A DNA stretch of 64,000 nucleotides from a virus, in the IMG/VR virus record IMGVR_UViG_3300035181_001974; one strand, written 5' to 3'. The stretch's first letter is position 1. Each line of letters begins with the position of its first letter. Under the pieces are notes generated by a model, which saw only the letters and a list, made by a program, of their open reading frames with translations, ran no database searches and was not told the DNA's origin. The position numbers and the translations under genes are program-made. Positions 1-9,664 of this stretch are shown one piece after another.

Positions 1-713
1 CTGGTTCTGAGCTGTACCGAGAGTTTAGGCTCGTCAATTCGTTGATTAAGACGAAGGTGACGTCAGAGGCAGTCGCTGCTAACATCCTGAACGAGGCGCG
101 CTCGGCGGCCCGATCTCACGACATCCAGACTCTGGACCGCGAGAAGTCGCTGCTCATCAAGCACATCAACTACTCGATCAAAGATGACAACTTCTATGAT
201 CAACAGATCAATGAGTACAGGATGTATGCCACCGTGCAGACGCTGCTCAATGATTGGCGATCGACCGACAAGGACTTGTCGAGGATGGCGACCTACGAGG
301 ACCAGTTGGTCCAGTGGTTGGTGTCTGAACGACCAGAGGCTGATGATCATGTCATCAGTGAAGAGTCTAACGGAACTGCTCGCCTGTTGATGAAGGTCAT
401 GACAAAGAAGTTGAACGAGAAGTACGCTGGTGTCCTGAACGATGATCAGAAGTCACTCGTCAAGGCGTATGTCTTTTCGGCCGCTCACGATGATCCGACC
501 GTCATTCACAAGAAACTGGCAGAGATCAAGTCTGACCTGTTGCAACGAATGGACGAGTACACTGCAGCAAACGCTAACAAGTACGTCAATGAAAAGCTGA
601 ACGAGGCCCGAGAGCGCCTGATCTCCGAGACCCTCGATGTGGTCAATGATGAGACAGTGACTCGCTTCATGCTTTACACCAAGTTGAGTACCGAACTAAA
701 CGGTGAGGAGTGA
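1..713 (+). CDS. Hypothetical protein, 5'-truncated at the window edge. The frame is open from base 3. It lies just upstream of the prohead protease, so it may be a portal or prohead-core gene.
   Basis: The reading frame is open from the window start to a TGA at 711-713. The track's 'M' at 42 is a TTG inside the ORF. Position relative to the gp21-like gene. Confidence 0.5.
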   Translation, partial: GSELYREFRLVNSLIKTKVTSEAVAANILNEARSAARSHDIQTLDREKSLLIKHINYSIKDDNFYDQQINEYRMYATVQTLLNDWRSTDKDLSRMATYEDQLVQWLVSERPEADDHVISEESNGTARLLMKVMTKKLNEKYAGVLNDDQKSLVKAYVFSAAHDDPTVIHKKLAEIKSDLLQRMDEYTAANANKYVNEKLNEARERLISETLDVVNDETVTRFMLYTKLSTELNGEE

Positions 714-717
714 TGTC

Positions 718-1365
718 ATGAGCAACCAGAGGCTACTGAATACCTACGACATCTTTGACTACAAGCTGGTCACCGAGGTCGTCAAGCCTGAGACCATTAC
801 TGAAGATTCTCAGGGCAACGCTGTCAAGGTGCCCGCTGTCAAGAAGATCCTGATGAAGGGAATCCTGCAGAAGGCAGACACCCTAAACCAGAACGGCCGA
901 ATCTATCCGCTCCGTGTGTTGGAGCGCGAGGTCAGGAACTACCAGAAGTTCATCATTGAGAATCGTGCTCTTGGTGAGCTCGATCACCCTGATTCCTCGG
1001 TCATCAACCTGAAGAACGTTTCCCACATTGTCCGTGAGGCCTACCTCGAGAACGGAACAGTGATGGGAACCGTCGAGATCCTGAATACCCCCTCGGGTCA
1101 GATCCTGCAGTCGTTGGCCGAGAGCAACGTCAAGTTGGGTATCTCCTCGCGGGGCGTGGGGTCAACTCGGAAGGATGGCGACTACTACGTGGTTCAGGAT
1201 GACTTTCAGTTGATCTGTTGGGACTACGTTTCTGAGCCTTCAACGCCTGGTGCCTTCATGATTCCAGAAGGTCGCCAGCTAAGCGATGGCGAGCTGAAGC
1301 GGATCTTCAACCGCAGCGACCGGATTGACCGGGTTCTAAACGACATCCTGTCGTACAAGAGGTAA
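718..1365 (+). CDS. Prohead core protease (T4 gp21 / peptidase U9-like)
   Basis: LGELDHP and SSRGVGS motifs typical of T4-type prohead proteases. Sits just upstream of the scaffold and gp23-like capsid genes. ATG at 718 is preceded by GAGGAG; the track start at 703 is a GTG. Confidence 0.7.
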   Translation: MSNQRLLNTYDIFDYKLVTEVVKPETITEDSQGNAVKVPAVKKILMKGILQKADTLNQNGRIYPLRVLEREVRNYQKFIIENRALGELDHPDSSVINLKNVSHIVREAYLENGTVMGTVEILNTPSGQILQSLAESNVKLGISSRGVGSTRKDGDYYVVQDDFQLICWDYVSEPSTPGAFMIPEGRQLSDGELKRIFNRSDRIDRVLNDILSYKR

Positions 1366-1371
1366 TGCAAG

Positions 1372-1776
1372 ATGAGTCTCAACAACCCCAAAGGTGGCAT
1401 TGGTTACGCAGGAGAGTTTCAGTCTTCTGCGCTGCCTTTTGTCACGTCGTCTGTCGCACCTCAGGCAACTTCGGGTTGTTTGAGGATTGACCTGCCCAAG
1501 ATCAGCAGGACGCTGACAGTTTCAAACCTGGACGGCACCAACAAGCTCCGCGTCGGTTTCACTCGTAACGGTATCCTGGGTAGCAACTACTACCTGGTGG
1601 GCCCCAATGCGACGGTGACGCTGGAACTTCGAGTGACAGCAGTCTATTTTGCTGGCGACTCCAGCTCGCCAGCCTTTGCGTTCTGTGGTGGCCTGACAAA
1701 TATCGATGCTGTCGAAATGCCGCAGTTGAGTGGCACTCTGGGTGACGGCTCGGCGGGCTGGCAGGGAGTCGGTTGA
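1372..1776 (+). CDS. Hypothetical protein (134 aa)
   Basis: ORF tightly packed between the protease and deformylase genes, same strand, GC-rich codon usage. Confidence 0.5.
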   Translation: MSLNNPKGGIGYAGEFQSSALPFVTSSVAPQATSGCLRIDLPKISRTLTVSNLDGTNKLRVGFTRNGILGSNYYLVGPNATVTLELRVTAVYFAGDSSSPAFAFCGGLTNIDAVEMPQLSGTLGDGSAGWQGVG

Positions 1777-1778
1777 TC

Positions 1779-2276
1779 ATGCAGGTCGTTCTCTTCCCCG
1801 ACCAGGGCTTGCAGGCGACCTGCGACCGTGTCGATGACTTTGGGCCCGAGCTCAAGATCCAACTCGAGAAGATGGCCGAGACCATGTACGCCTCACGCGG
1901 CGTTGGCCTAGCCGCTCCACAGGTTGGCATCAATCAACGTTTGATTGTTGTCGATCCGTCAGCAGGTGAACAAGCTTGTGAGATGATCTTCATGGTCAAT
2001 CCCGTGATTGTCTGGTCTTCCAAGGAAGTCGAGTTCGGGCCAGAGGGTTGCCTGTCGATTCCTGGAGTTGCTGTCAATGTTGCTCGTTCGACGGAGATTG
2101 AAATCGAGTACCAGGACGTCTCCGGGCAGACTCAACACGCCTTCCTCAACGGTTTCTTGGCGCGAATTGTGCAGCACGAGGTCGACCACCTAAATGGTGT
2201 CTTGATGCTCGATCGTGCCTCCCCAATGGAGCGCAGGATGGCCCACAAAAATCTTTCGAAAAAGGCGATGGGGTAA
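1779..2276 (+). CDS. def: Peptide deformylase
   Basis: All three catalytic motifs are present: GVGLAAPQVG (motif 1), EGCLSIPG (motif 2), HEVDHLNG (motif 3). The ATG at 1779 overlaps the upstream stop. Confidence 0.9.
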   Translation: MQVVLFPDQGLQATCDRVDDFGPELKIQLEKMAETMYASRGVGLAAPQVGINQRLIVVDPSAGEQACEMIFMVNPVIVWSSKEVEFGPEGCLSIPGVAVNVARSTEIEIEYQDVSGQTQHAFLNGFLARIVQHEVDHLNGVLMLDRASPMERRMAHKNLSKKAMG

Positions 2277-2278
2277 TC

Positions 2279-2752
2279 ATGTCTGGAACAGGCAAAATGT
2301 CACGTCAGCAACTGAAGGCAATCGTCAAAGAGTGCCTCGTTGAGATCTTGCAGGAAGGCCTGGGATCGGGTGCTGGCGCTTCGATGGGAATGACGCTGCC
2401 CGTCACTGAATCTCGCGCTCCTCAGCGTCCGGTCGCTCGAGGAAAGTCGCCGCTTGACATGCAGACATTGCCCAACGGGCGACGCCCGACTGAGGCACTG
2501 GCTCAGGCCATCAAAGCTGAGGCACGCGGCAACGCGCTGATGGCAGACATTCTGGCAGACACCGCCATGACGACCTTGCCCAAGATGTTGGGCGCCGGAG
2601 ACTCAGCGGCTCGTCCGTCTGAAGGCACCCAGTCCCGCGTCGTGCAGGAAGAAAAGTTCGTTGGCTCACCTGAAGAGGTTTTTGGTGAAGAGGCGGCGTC
2701 AAAGTGGGCCAACCTGGCTTTCATGGATGCACCGGCCAAGAAAACCGCGTAA
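2279..2752 (+). CDS. Small protein with a CTS-like N-terminus (family member 1)
   Basis: N-terminus M(SGTGK)MSRQQLKAIVKE resembles the MKITxxQLRxIIRE family; the rest is low-complexity. Confidence 0.5.
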   Translation: MSGTGKMSRQQLKAIVKECLVEILQEGLGSGAGASMGMTLPVTESRAPQRPVARGKSPLDMQTLPNGRRPTEALAQAIKAEARGNALMADILADTAMTTLPKMLGAGDSAARPSEGTQSRVVQEEKFVGSPEEVFGEEAASKWANLAFMDAPAKKTA

Positions 2753-2806
2753 TCGCGGGGTGATGCCTATTTAGACGTAGCACTAAACGCAGGAGAGGGT
2801 GCATAG

Positions 2807-3058
2807 ATGAAGCTCACGTCAAAGCTACTCAAGAAGATCATTGAAGAAGAAGTCGGTAAGTTCGGGGACATGGAAGACCCGGAGAAGCGCGCCAAGGACA
2901 CCGACGAGGTGGATGCGGACGAGTATGCTGACGCTCTTGAGAAGAAGATCGACTACGCCAAGGCGTTGAAGGTCGAAGAGTTGCGCCTTCGCGCTCGTCT
3001 CAACAAGATCGTCGAGACCAGGGCCCGGGTTATGAAGTCGATCCGTAAGGGCGTCTGA
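2807..3058 (+). CDS. Small acidic protein with a CTS-like N-terminus (family member 2)
   Basis: N-terminus MKLTSKLLKKIIEEE. Strong RBS AGGAGAGGG. Highly charged 83-aa product. Confidence 0.6.
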   Translation: MKLTSKLLKKIIEEEVGKFGDMEDPEKRAKDTDEVDADEYADALEKKIDYAKALKVEELRLRARLNKIVETRARVMKSIRKGV

Positions 3059-3073
3059 TCAAGGAGAACGAAG

Positions 3074-3637
3074 ATGCCTGCTGGTAAGGGAAAGTACACG
3101 ACATACGTTCCGCCGAAGTCACCGCGGAGGACGTTTTTTGAGAACCTCTTCAAGGGGGACTCGACGACGTCGCCACCGTTCTACGGCGTGGACCAGGCCG
3201 ACGCCTACAAGTACGCGGCCAAGGAGGGTAACGACATCCTCCGTGCTGCCGCTACTTCAGGCATTCAGGCTGGCGATGCGCAGCACTTCCCGGATGGTGT
3301 TGATTTCACCTACGGTGGCGCCAAGGCATCGATTCAGGCTCCTGACACATCGAAGGGTGCTGATGACGCTTGGGTCAACGCAGGAGATCCTGCGAACTCC
3401 TACGTTCCTGACCTATCATCTCCTGGGCCGGGCAAGACAGACGGCGTCGACAAGTCGGCAAATCCGAAGATCAAGTCTTCTGATGTTAAGCCCACCTACG
3501 TGCCCGGCGGACCGAACACGGGAACTCGTTCCCCGACGGCCACGAGTGGCAAGGTCCATGATGCGAATACCCTGGGCGACGCAGGCACCATCACATCTAT
3601 GCCAGATCCCAAGTCGGGTCTGGAACAGTTCAAGTGA
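3074..3637 (+). CDS. Hypothetical low-complexity protein (187 aa)
   Basis: AAGGAG RBS 7 nt upstream of the ATG. The overlapping alternative frame 3138..3686 is Arg/Ser-rich and looks spurious. Confidence 0.5.
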   Translation: MPAGKGKYTTYVPPKSPRRTFFENLFKGDSTTSPPFYGVDQADAYKYAAKEGNDILRAAATSGIQAGDAQHFPDGVDFTYGGAKASIQAPDTSKGADDAWVNAGDPANSYVPDLSSPGPGKTDGVDKSANPKIKSSDVKPTYVPGGPNTGTRSPTATSGKVHDANTLGDAGTITSMPDPKSGLEQFK

Positions 3638-3658
3638 TGTGAAACTGCATCACGGGAT

Positions 3659-3667
3659 GATACTTAC
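3659..3667 (+). promoter_or_regulatory. GATACTTAC motif 21 nt upstream of the scaffold gene (candidate late-promoter element)
   Basis: Member of a recurrent NATAYTTAS motif seen upstream of many structural genes. Confidence 0.25.
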
Positions 3668-3687
3668 TGCAGCAGGGAAACGGTAGC

Positions 3688-5691
3688 ATGTCAAAGCAGC
3701 TGTACGAAGAGGCTCTAGCAGATGCCAAGCGATTGAAGGAAGTCGCTGAGGATAATGCTAGGCGTACCCTGATCGAGGCAGTGACCCCGAGGATTCGGGA
3801 TCTGATCGAGAAGGAGCTCCTCAAGGAGCACGGTGATTTCGATGATGACGATGATGTCGAAGTCGTTGAAATCGTTTCAGGTGCTCCGGGCACCCCGGAC
3901 AAGCCGGGCGACTTGGTCACTGACACTGCTCCCGTCGGCGCGGTTCCTGCAGCCGGCGATGGTGGCACGGCGGCGGCTGCCATCTCAGTCCCTGATGCAG
4001 AAGGAAAGGTCACGCTCGACCTTGATGCGTTGGCGACAGACCCCATCGGTGCAGCCGTCCCTGCACCTGTCTTTGGGCAGCCTACGTCAGTCGATGGAGA
4101 TGAATACGAGCTTAGCCTTGAATCCGTGGAAGCCTTGACGCCGGTCGCCAAGGCAACCAAGTCAGGAATCATCAAGGAACTCGAAGCCGGTCTCTACCGG
4201 CTCGGTGAGCAACTGCAAGCATTCAAGGCCGCCCATAAGGTGGTCAAGGAGTCTCGTGGTTACTCAGAGCAAATCACTCATATGATTTCACGAGTGGAGA
4301 ATATGTATGACTACGTGCAGGAGGCGGTAACGGATCCCGCACGGAAGAGTTCATACGAAGCGAAACTCGAAACGTACTTCAAAGAACTCAGCAAGCTCCA
4401 GGAGCAGAAGATGTCGAAGAAGAGCCTCAAAGATTTGATGAATGAAGGCGATGTGACGCTGAAGCTCACTGGCCTGCCCGATGAGATTGACCTTGATTCG
4501 GTCGGTGTTGACTTGATCACTGGCGAAGACGAAGACGGCGAGGGCGGTGAAGATCTTGACCTCGGCGCCGGCGAAGAAGGCGGCGAAGAAGGCGATGAAG
4601 AGGGTGGCGAGGACATGGATCTTGGCGACCTCGACATGGGCGGTGAGGACCAGGGTCAGGATGACCAGATGGAGTCACGCCGGCTCAGCGACGACACGAT
4701 TGTCGAAATTGACGAGAGCATGCTCCGCCGTGAGATTGCTCGGATGAAGTCCCTCCGCGAGGATGCGGTCCCGTCCACCAAGGGCGCCGGCGTTGACGCA
4801 GTCATTGATCAGTTCGGCGGCGGCAAGTCGGAAGGCGATCCCTGGCTCGACGGTGAGGTCACCACGGAGTCCGATGAGGGTGACGAGGATGACGACCAGC
4901 TCGACGAGATCGATGGCGAACTGACGATGGATGAAGGCGACGACGACCAGGACGATGACCAGCTTGATGAGACGGACTTCGGAATGGATCAGGCCGAGGA
5001 TTCTCGTGAGGCGGGCGGCAATGTCGCTCCGGCTTCGATGGGTCCGGGCGCTGAGTCTGGCAAGGAATCGCGCGAGCCAGGTGCAACGATGGAGGCGCTG
5101 AAGCGTCGCGTCGGCTTCGAGAAGCGCCTGCAGGAGAGGATTAAGACCCGCGCTGCTGCCTTGAAGAAGGAAGCCACTCGTGCGACGGCAAAGAAGGATT
5201 CACGTAAGGTTGCTGCCCTAAAGAAGGAGCACGCTGCCCTGCACGGCCGCTTCACCGAGTCGGTGATGCGTGTCAAGAAGATGACGAAGACGCTGGCGGA
5301 AGTCGCGTCTCGCAATGGTGCTCGCCTGAATGGCAGCCCGATCCGGCCCGCGGAAGGAAAGGCCGACGCAAACCTCCGCAACAAGTTGGCAGAAACGAAT
5401 CTGTTCAACGCGAAGCTGGTCTTCACGAACAAGTTGCTCCAGAACGAGGCACTCTCGCGCAAGCAGAAGGCTGAGATCATCGAGCGGCTCGATGAGGCGA
5501 AGAGCCTCCGTGAGGCCAAGCTCATCTACGAGAGCCTGACCAAGACTTTGGCAGGCACTTCCCGTCCTCTGGTAGAGTCCGCCGGCCGCAAGGTCATCGG
5601 TTCGGCCTCACGGGCAACTCGCCCCGCCTCGACTAAGCTCGATGAGGGCTACGAGACGGATCGATGGGCACGCCTCGCTGGCATCAAGTGA
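3688..5691 (+). CDS. Prohead scaffolding protein, extremely acidic with coiled-coil segments
   Basis: 667 aa with long D/E/G tandem repeats and K/E-rich helical segments. Lies between the protease and major capsid genes, as T4 gp22 does. Confidence 0.65.
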   Translation: MSKQLYEEALADAKRLKEVAEDNARRTLIEAVTPRIRDLIEKELLKEHGDFDDDDDVEVVEIVSGAPGTPDKPGDLVTDTAPVGAVPAAGDGGTAAAAISVPDAEGKVTLDLDALATDPIGAAVPAPVFGQPTSVDGDEYELSLESVEALTPVAKATKSGIIKELEAGLYRLGEQLQAFKAAHKVVKESRGYSEQITHMISRVENMYDYVQEAVTDPARKSSYEAKLETYFKELSKLQEQKMSKKSLKDLMNEGDVTLKLTGLPDEIDLDSVGVDLITGEDEDGEGGEDLDLGAGEEGGEEGDEEGGEDMDLGDLDMGGEDQGQDDQMESRRLSDDTIVEIDESMLRREIARMKSLREDAVPSTKGAGVDAVIDQFGGGKSEGDPWLDGEVTTESDEGDEDDDQLDEIDGELTMDEGDDDQDDDQLDETDFGMDQAEDSREAGGNVAPASMGPGAESGKESREPGATMEALKRRVGFEKRLQERIKTRAAALKKEATRATAKKDSRKVAALKKEHAALHGRFTESVMRVKKMTKTLAEVASRNGARLNGSPIRPAEGKADANLRNKLAETNLFNAKLVFTNKLLQNEALSRKQKAEIIERLDEAKSLREAKLIYESLTKTLAGTSRPLVESAGRKVIGSASRATRPASTKLDEGYETDRWARLAGIK

Positions 5692-5741
5692 TTGGTGCAT
5701 GAACGATATCTGATCAACTGAAAGTCACGGAGAAAAAGACA

Positions 5742-7643
5742 ATGTCTTCAAAGTTTTTTACACTGGACCAGCTGGCCCAGGGCATCCGCGAGAAGCACGT
5801 CGGTGCTGAGCGTGCCCGTCTTGTTGAGAAGTGGAGCCGTACTGGCTTGCTCCGCGGTCTCGACGGTTTCAAGCGCGAGACGATGGCGCAGCTCCTGGAG
5901 AACCAGGCTGCCCAGGTCCTGAAGGAGTCGAACTCCCTGTCCACTGGCGGCGGCGCTGTCGCTTCCTCGGGTCAGATCCAGGGCTTCTCGAACATCGCCT
6001 TCCCGATCGTCCGCCGCGTCTTCGGTGGCCTCGTTGCAAACGAGCTTGTCTCGATTCAGCCGATGAGCCTACCGTCTGGTCTGATCTTCTATCTCGATTA
6101 CACCTACGGCTCGAACGTTGGTGGTGATGCTGGCTCGCAGCTTAGTAACTCCTCGGCCTACGAGACTTACCAGCGTGGCCAGTCGATCTACAACAACCCG
6201 ACCGGCAAGGGCATCCAGTCTGGATCACTCGCCACGGGTGGTATGTACGACCTGGTGAATGTCGGTTACTCGAAGGTGCACTCGGCCTCGCTGGGTGTCT
6301 CGGGTTCGAACCTCGACCTTGGCGCATGGACCGGTGCCAACAACGCTTGGGCCGCCGGCGGCATCGTGGCCTCGAGCACGGACTTCTCGGGCACCAACGC
6401 CCGCATGTTGCAGTTCGATCCGCAGGTTGAGGTCGACCTGGGCAGCAACCTCCTGGATGTAACCTTCGTCCACCTCTCGGTCGCGGCAATCGCAGCCCAG
6501 ATCCCGAAGGGTGACTTCCTTGCTCCGGAGCAGATCGCTCTCTTCGGCTTCCAGGCGAACAACGGCGCCGTTGAGTGGGGTGACTCCTACCAGTCGGGCA
6601 AGGGCCTGCTGAACCTCCGTCGTCTGAACAAGCGCGGTGACTGGAACGGCTCGGTCTTCACGCCGAACCCGCTGAATGGTTCGCACATTCAGTTCGTGCT
6701 GAAGCTGTCGAACGGCGGCTCGGTTCCAACGCTGAACACGGCGACGCAGAAGGTTTCGATGGCGATCGCCGACGCCCTCATGGTCGATGGTGGCTCGGGC
6801 GCGACCTTGACTGTTCCCTCCTTCGAGACGGACTTCTCGGTGACCCCGGCTCCGGCCATCCCCGAGATCGATATCAAGATCGAGTCGATCGCAATCACCG
6901 CGACAACCCGCAGGCTCCGCGCTCGCTGGTCGCCTGAACTCGCACAGGACCTCAACGCGTACCACTCGATGGACGCTGAGGTCGAGCTGACGAGCATCCT
7001 TTCGGAGCAGATCGCTCTCGAGATCGACCGCGAGATCTTGAATGATCTCGTCTCTCAGGCCAACGGCGCGAACTTCTTCTGGTCGCGTTCGCCGGGCCGC
7101 TTCGTGAACAAGCTGACGGGTGACCGTCAGCAGCTGGCGAGCTCCTTGAGTATCGGCCCGCAATTCACGGGCACGGTCCGCGAGTGGTACGAGACGTTGA
7201 TCGAGACGATCATCGACGTGGCGAACACCATTCACCGTAAGACCCTTCGCGGCTCGGCCAACTTTATGGTCACCGGCCCGGACGTCTGCACCATCCTCGA
7301 GGCTTCCACGCTGTACAAGCCGAAGTTCTCGATCGATGGCGAGGGACAGGTTGGCTCTCCGTTTACCATTGGTGCGGAAGCGATCGGCACGGTGTCCAAC
7401 CGCTTCACGGTCTACAAGGACCCGTACTTCCCCCGCAACAAGATCCTGATCGGCTACAAGGGCGGCAGCTATCTCGAGACGGGTTACGTGTACGCCCCGT
7501 ACGTGCCACTGATCGTCACCCCGACGATTTTTGCGCCGGAAGACTTCACGCCGCGCAAGGGTGTCATGACCCGATACGGCAAGAAGATGGTCCGCACGGA
7601 CTTCTACGGGACCGTCACAGTGTTGGACATGAACGTCATCTGA
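5742..7643 (+). CDS. Major capsid protein (T4 gp23-like)
   Basis: Blocks shared with T4 gp23: ...WSPELAQDLNAYHSMDAEVELTSILSEQIALEIDREI..., IGYKGGSYLETGYVYAPYV..., ...MTRYG.... Followed by a terminator. Confidence 0.9.
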   Translation: MSSKFFTLDQLAQGIREKHVGAERARLVEKWSRTGLLRGLDGFKRETMAQLLENQAAQVLKESNSLSTGGGAVASSGQIQGFSNIAFPIVRRVFGGLVANELVSIQPMSLPSGLIFYLDYTYGSNVGGDAGSQLSNSSAYETYQRGQSIYNNPTGKGIQSGSLATGGMYDLVNVGYSKVHSASLGVSGSNLDLGAWTGANNAWAAGGIVASSTDFSGTNARMLQFDPQVEVDLGSNLLDVTFVHLSVAAIAAQIPKGDFLAPEQIALFGFQANNGAVEWGDSYQSGKGLLNLRRLNKRGDWNGSVFTPNPLNGSHIQFVLKLSNGGSVPTLNTATQKVSMAIADALMVDGGSGATLTVPSFETDFSVTPAPAIPEIDIKIESIAITATTRRLRARWSPELAQDLNAYHSMDAEVELTSILSEQIALEIDREILNDLVSQANGANFFWSRSPGRFVNKLTGDRQQLASSLSIGPQFTGTVREWYETLIETIIDVANTIHRKTLRGSANFMVTGPDVCTILEASTLYKPKFSIDGEGQVGSPFTIGAEAIGTVSNRFTVYKDPYFPRNKILIGYKGGSYLETGYVYAPYVPLIVTPTIFAPEDFTPRKGVMTRYGKKMVRTDFYGTVTVLDMNVI

Positions 7644-7672
7644 CGTTCACTAGGGAAATCCTAAGGCTTGAG

Positions 7673-7701
7673 GGCCCGCAAACGCGGGCCTTCGCCTGTT
7701 T
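7673..7701 (+). terminator. Rho-independent terminator after the major capsid gene
   Basis: 7-bp GC stem GGCCCGC / GCGGGCC with an AAAC loop, followed by TTCGCCTGTTT. Confidence 0.6.
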
Positions 7702-7715
7702 AAGCACTAACGATT

Positions 7716-8183
7716 GTGTACAGTGCAATTGCTCAGGACGCTGGAATACGATTGAACTGTATGTGGCTATTCACGTTGGACGGTTTTTACAGTGCCGTTC
7801 AGGACAAAAAGGACGAGCGCATCATCTGGGTTCGCACACGAGTGCGAGAAGATTTGGTGCGTCTCATTGAGACCTACGAGGTCAATTCATCTCCGATTGA
7901 GGAGGACTGCGGCACGGACTACAAGTACCGCGTCGCCGTGTGGCGCGAGGAGTGGTCCCGAGTCGTTGCAGAGTGTGCTCTCGAAATCGACTACACAAAC
8001 TTCAAGGCTGAAGTCAAGGAAACCTTGGGCAAGGAACGTGCCGACATTCTCGGAAACGTCTGGTGGCAACTCTTCCAGTTGCAGCTCGACGAGGCCGCCA
8101 AGTACCTCTATGGCTTTATTAGAAGGCCCCTAGAAAAATCTTCTGATAATCGGACGGTGTCTAACCCTGGCCGAGATGTGTGA
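7716..8183 (+). CDS. Hypothetical protein (155 aa); start uncertain (GTG 7716 or ATG 7761)
   Basis: ORF only; no recognisable motif. Confidence 0.4.
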   Translation: MYSAIAQDAGIRLNCMWLFTLDGFYSAVQDKKDERIIWVRTRVREDLVRLIETYEVNSSPIEEDCGTDYKYRVAVWREEWSRVVAECALEIDYTNFKAEVKETLGKERADILGNVWWQLFQLQLDEAAKYLYGFIRRPLEKSSDNRTVSNPGRDV

Positions 8184-8291
8184 ATAAATGATCCAAAGAT
8201 CTGAAATGATTTTGTGACGTGTACATGATCCACTTGGGCGGGTAATGTTCTACTACGGGCACGGAATCAACCTGCCTAAGGAGATTATCCC

Positions 8292-8549
8292 ATGAGCCGA
8301 TCCAACATCTCGACGAACCGCAACGCACGCATCAACAGCCGTGAGGACCGCAAGGGCAACATCCGGACCGAGACCGTCCTTCGTGACGAAGGTGCAATGT
8401 TGTTCGCGGCGTCGACCAACCCTCGCACGAACGCGACGTCGGTCTTCATCGACTTCCCGGAAGGTGCGCTGCGGTTGACGGGTGCCGAGGCGCGCACCAT
8501 GTACCGCCTCCTGCACAAGCACTACAGCGCGACCAACAAGTCGCGCTAA
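8292..8549 (+). CDS. Hypothetical basic protein (85 aa)
   Basis: AAGGAG RBS. A GC hairpin (8575-8600) follows. Confidence 0.5.
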   Translation: MSRSNISTNRNARINSREDRKGNIRTETVLRDEGAMLFAASTNPRTNATSVFIDFPEGALRLTGAEARTMYRLLHKHYSATNKSR

Positions 8550-8621
8550 TCCCGTAAGGGAAGTGCATTGCTGCGGCCGGGTGCCTACGGGTTCCCGGCC
8601 TTGCGGCGTTGAGAGGCAAAC

Positions 8622-9221
8622 ATGAGACTGACTAAGGTAGAGGCGCTCTTTTTGGCGAAGGTACTGTTTCACTACGAACAGACACGGTCGCTGGTTGAAT
8701 CGTCAACGATTACCGAGCGTGTTCGCAATCTTCGTGGTCGGCTCAACGACTTTATCCTTGATGTTGAAGATGATGTTGACGAGTGCGACCACGAGTGCAG
8801 CGATGATTGTCACGTTTCCGAAGAGCGCGTGCGCCTGAAGTCCAAGCCAAATGGCAGCCTCATCATGGACGATGAGGATGAGGACGAGGTCTACGAAGAC
8901 GTCGCCAAAGAGGCGGAAGATGATAGTTCCCTGCCTAACGTGGAAGAGACGATCTCGGCATCCGTGCTGCATGCACTGCCGGTCGTCAAGACCGACAACT
9001 CTCAGTCACTCGAATTTGAACACGTGGAAGGCGACCAGGTCGATGTAGTGCTCGACGGTTACACCGAGTACGAGGACGTGGGCTTCGTTCGACGTCATGG
9101 GAGATCGATTGATCTCTACGTTAATCACGACTGGATCACAGTCAACGTTCCCAAGTTCCCGAAGCAGTGGACGAAGCTCCTGACTGTCGACACGACATAC
9201 AGGCTCCAGGGCCGGAGCTGA
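8622..9221 (+). CDS. Hypothetical acidic protein with a CDHECSDDCH metal-binding-like cluster
   Basis: ORF with GC-rich codon usage. Confidence 0.5.
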   Translation: MRLTKVEALFLAKVLFHYEQTRSLVESSTITERVRNLRGRLNDFILDVEDDVDECDHECSDDCHVSEERVRLKSKPNGSLIMDDEDEDEVYEDVAKEAEDDSSLPNVEETISASVLHALPVVKTDNSQSLEFEHVEGDQVDVVLDGYTEYEDVGFVRRHGRSIDLYVNHDWITVNVPKFPKQWTKLLTVDTTYRLQGRS

Positions 9222-9224
9222 TTA

Positions 9225-9602
9225 ATGAAGTTGAATATTCACCCGAAAGAGTTCCTGGCCTTGTACAACTTACTGGTCCGGGCACTTGAGAGCGAATTGT
9301 CGGTGGCGGTAGGCTCAGATGAAGCAGCCTTGCGTGAGATTCACAATCGTCTACGGGCCTACATCATCTCCTCGCTGACGAGATCAGGCGCTGGCCCAAC
9401 AGACGATGAACTTTTCGATAGCTGGGAAAAGGTCCAGAAGGAGAAGATTACAGAGCTGGAGAAGAAGAACGAGGACCTGCGGCAGATGGCCCGGCCCGAG
9501 AACTTCTTGACGTTGGACGATGACGACCTTGAGGCGGGAACTTACCCGCGCAAGGGCGGGCACCCCAAACCGCCCGGTGGAAAACCTCGCGGTAAGAAGT
9601 GA
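9225..9602 (+). CDS. Hypothetical protein (125 aa)
   Basis: ORF packed against the upstream gene. Confidence 0.45.
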   Translation: MKLNIHPKEFLALYNLLVRALESELSVAVGSDEAALREIHNRLRAYIISSLTRSGAGPTDDELFDSWEKVQKEKITELEKKNEDLRQMARPENFLTLDDDDLEAGTYPRKGGHPKPPGGKPRGKK

Positions 9603-9664
9603 CGCTGTGAGGCCATAATTACGGCCATCGATCTTTGACAACTGAGCTGTTCGGTCAAATGCAC

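Noticed and set aside
3138-3686. Alternative 182-aa ORF overlapping the 3074-3637 gene in another frame.
   Set aside because: The R/S/T-rich composition is typical of an off-frame artefact. The 3074 frame has a canonical AAGGAG RBS.
6225-7235. Long minus-strand ORF (336 aa) inside the major capsid gene. Similar antisense ORFs lie at 34476-35753 (425 aa, inside sheath 2), 41826-42665 and 42984-43742 (inside the tape measure), and 62676-63536 (inside the RNR).
   Set aside because: They overlap well-supported + strand genes with conserved motifs. They are Arg/Ser/Pro-rich as expected for antisense frames in GC-rich DNA, and lack RBS and coupling signals.
9635-9660. Full sigma70 promoter for the tmRNA (TTGACA ... 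TCAAAT).
   Set aside because: The -35 hexamer is perfect, but the best -10 candidate is only 14 nt away or is poorly matched at 17 nt spacing. Kept as a note under the tmRNA finding rather than as a feature.
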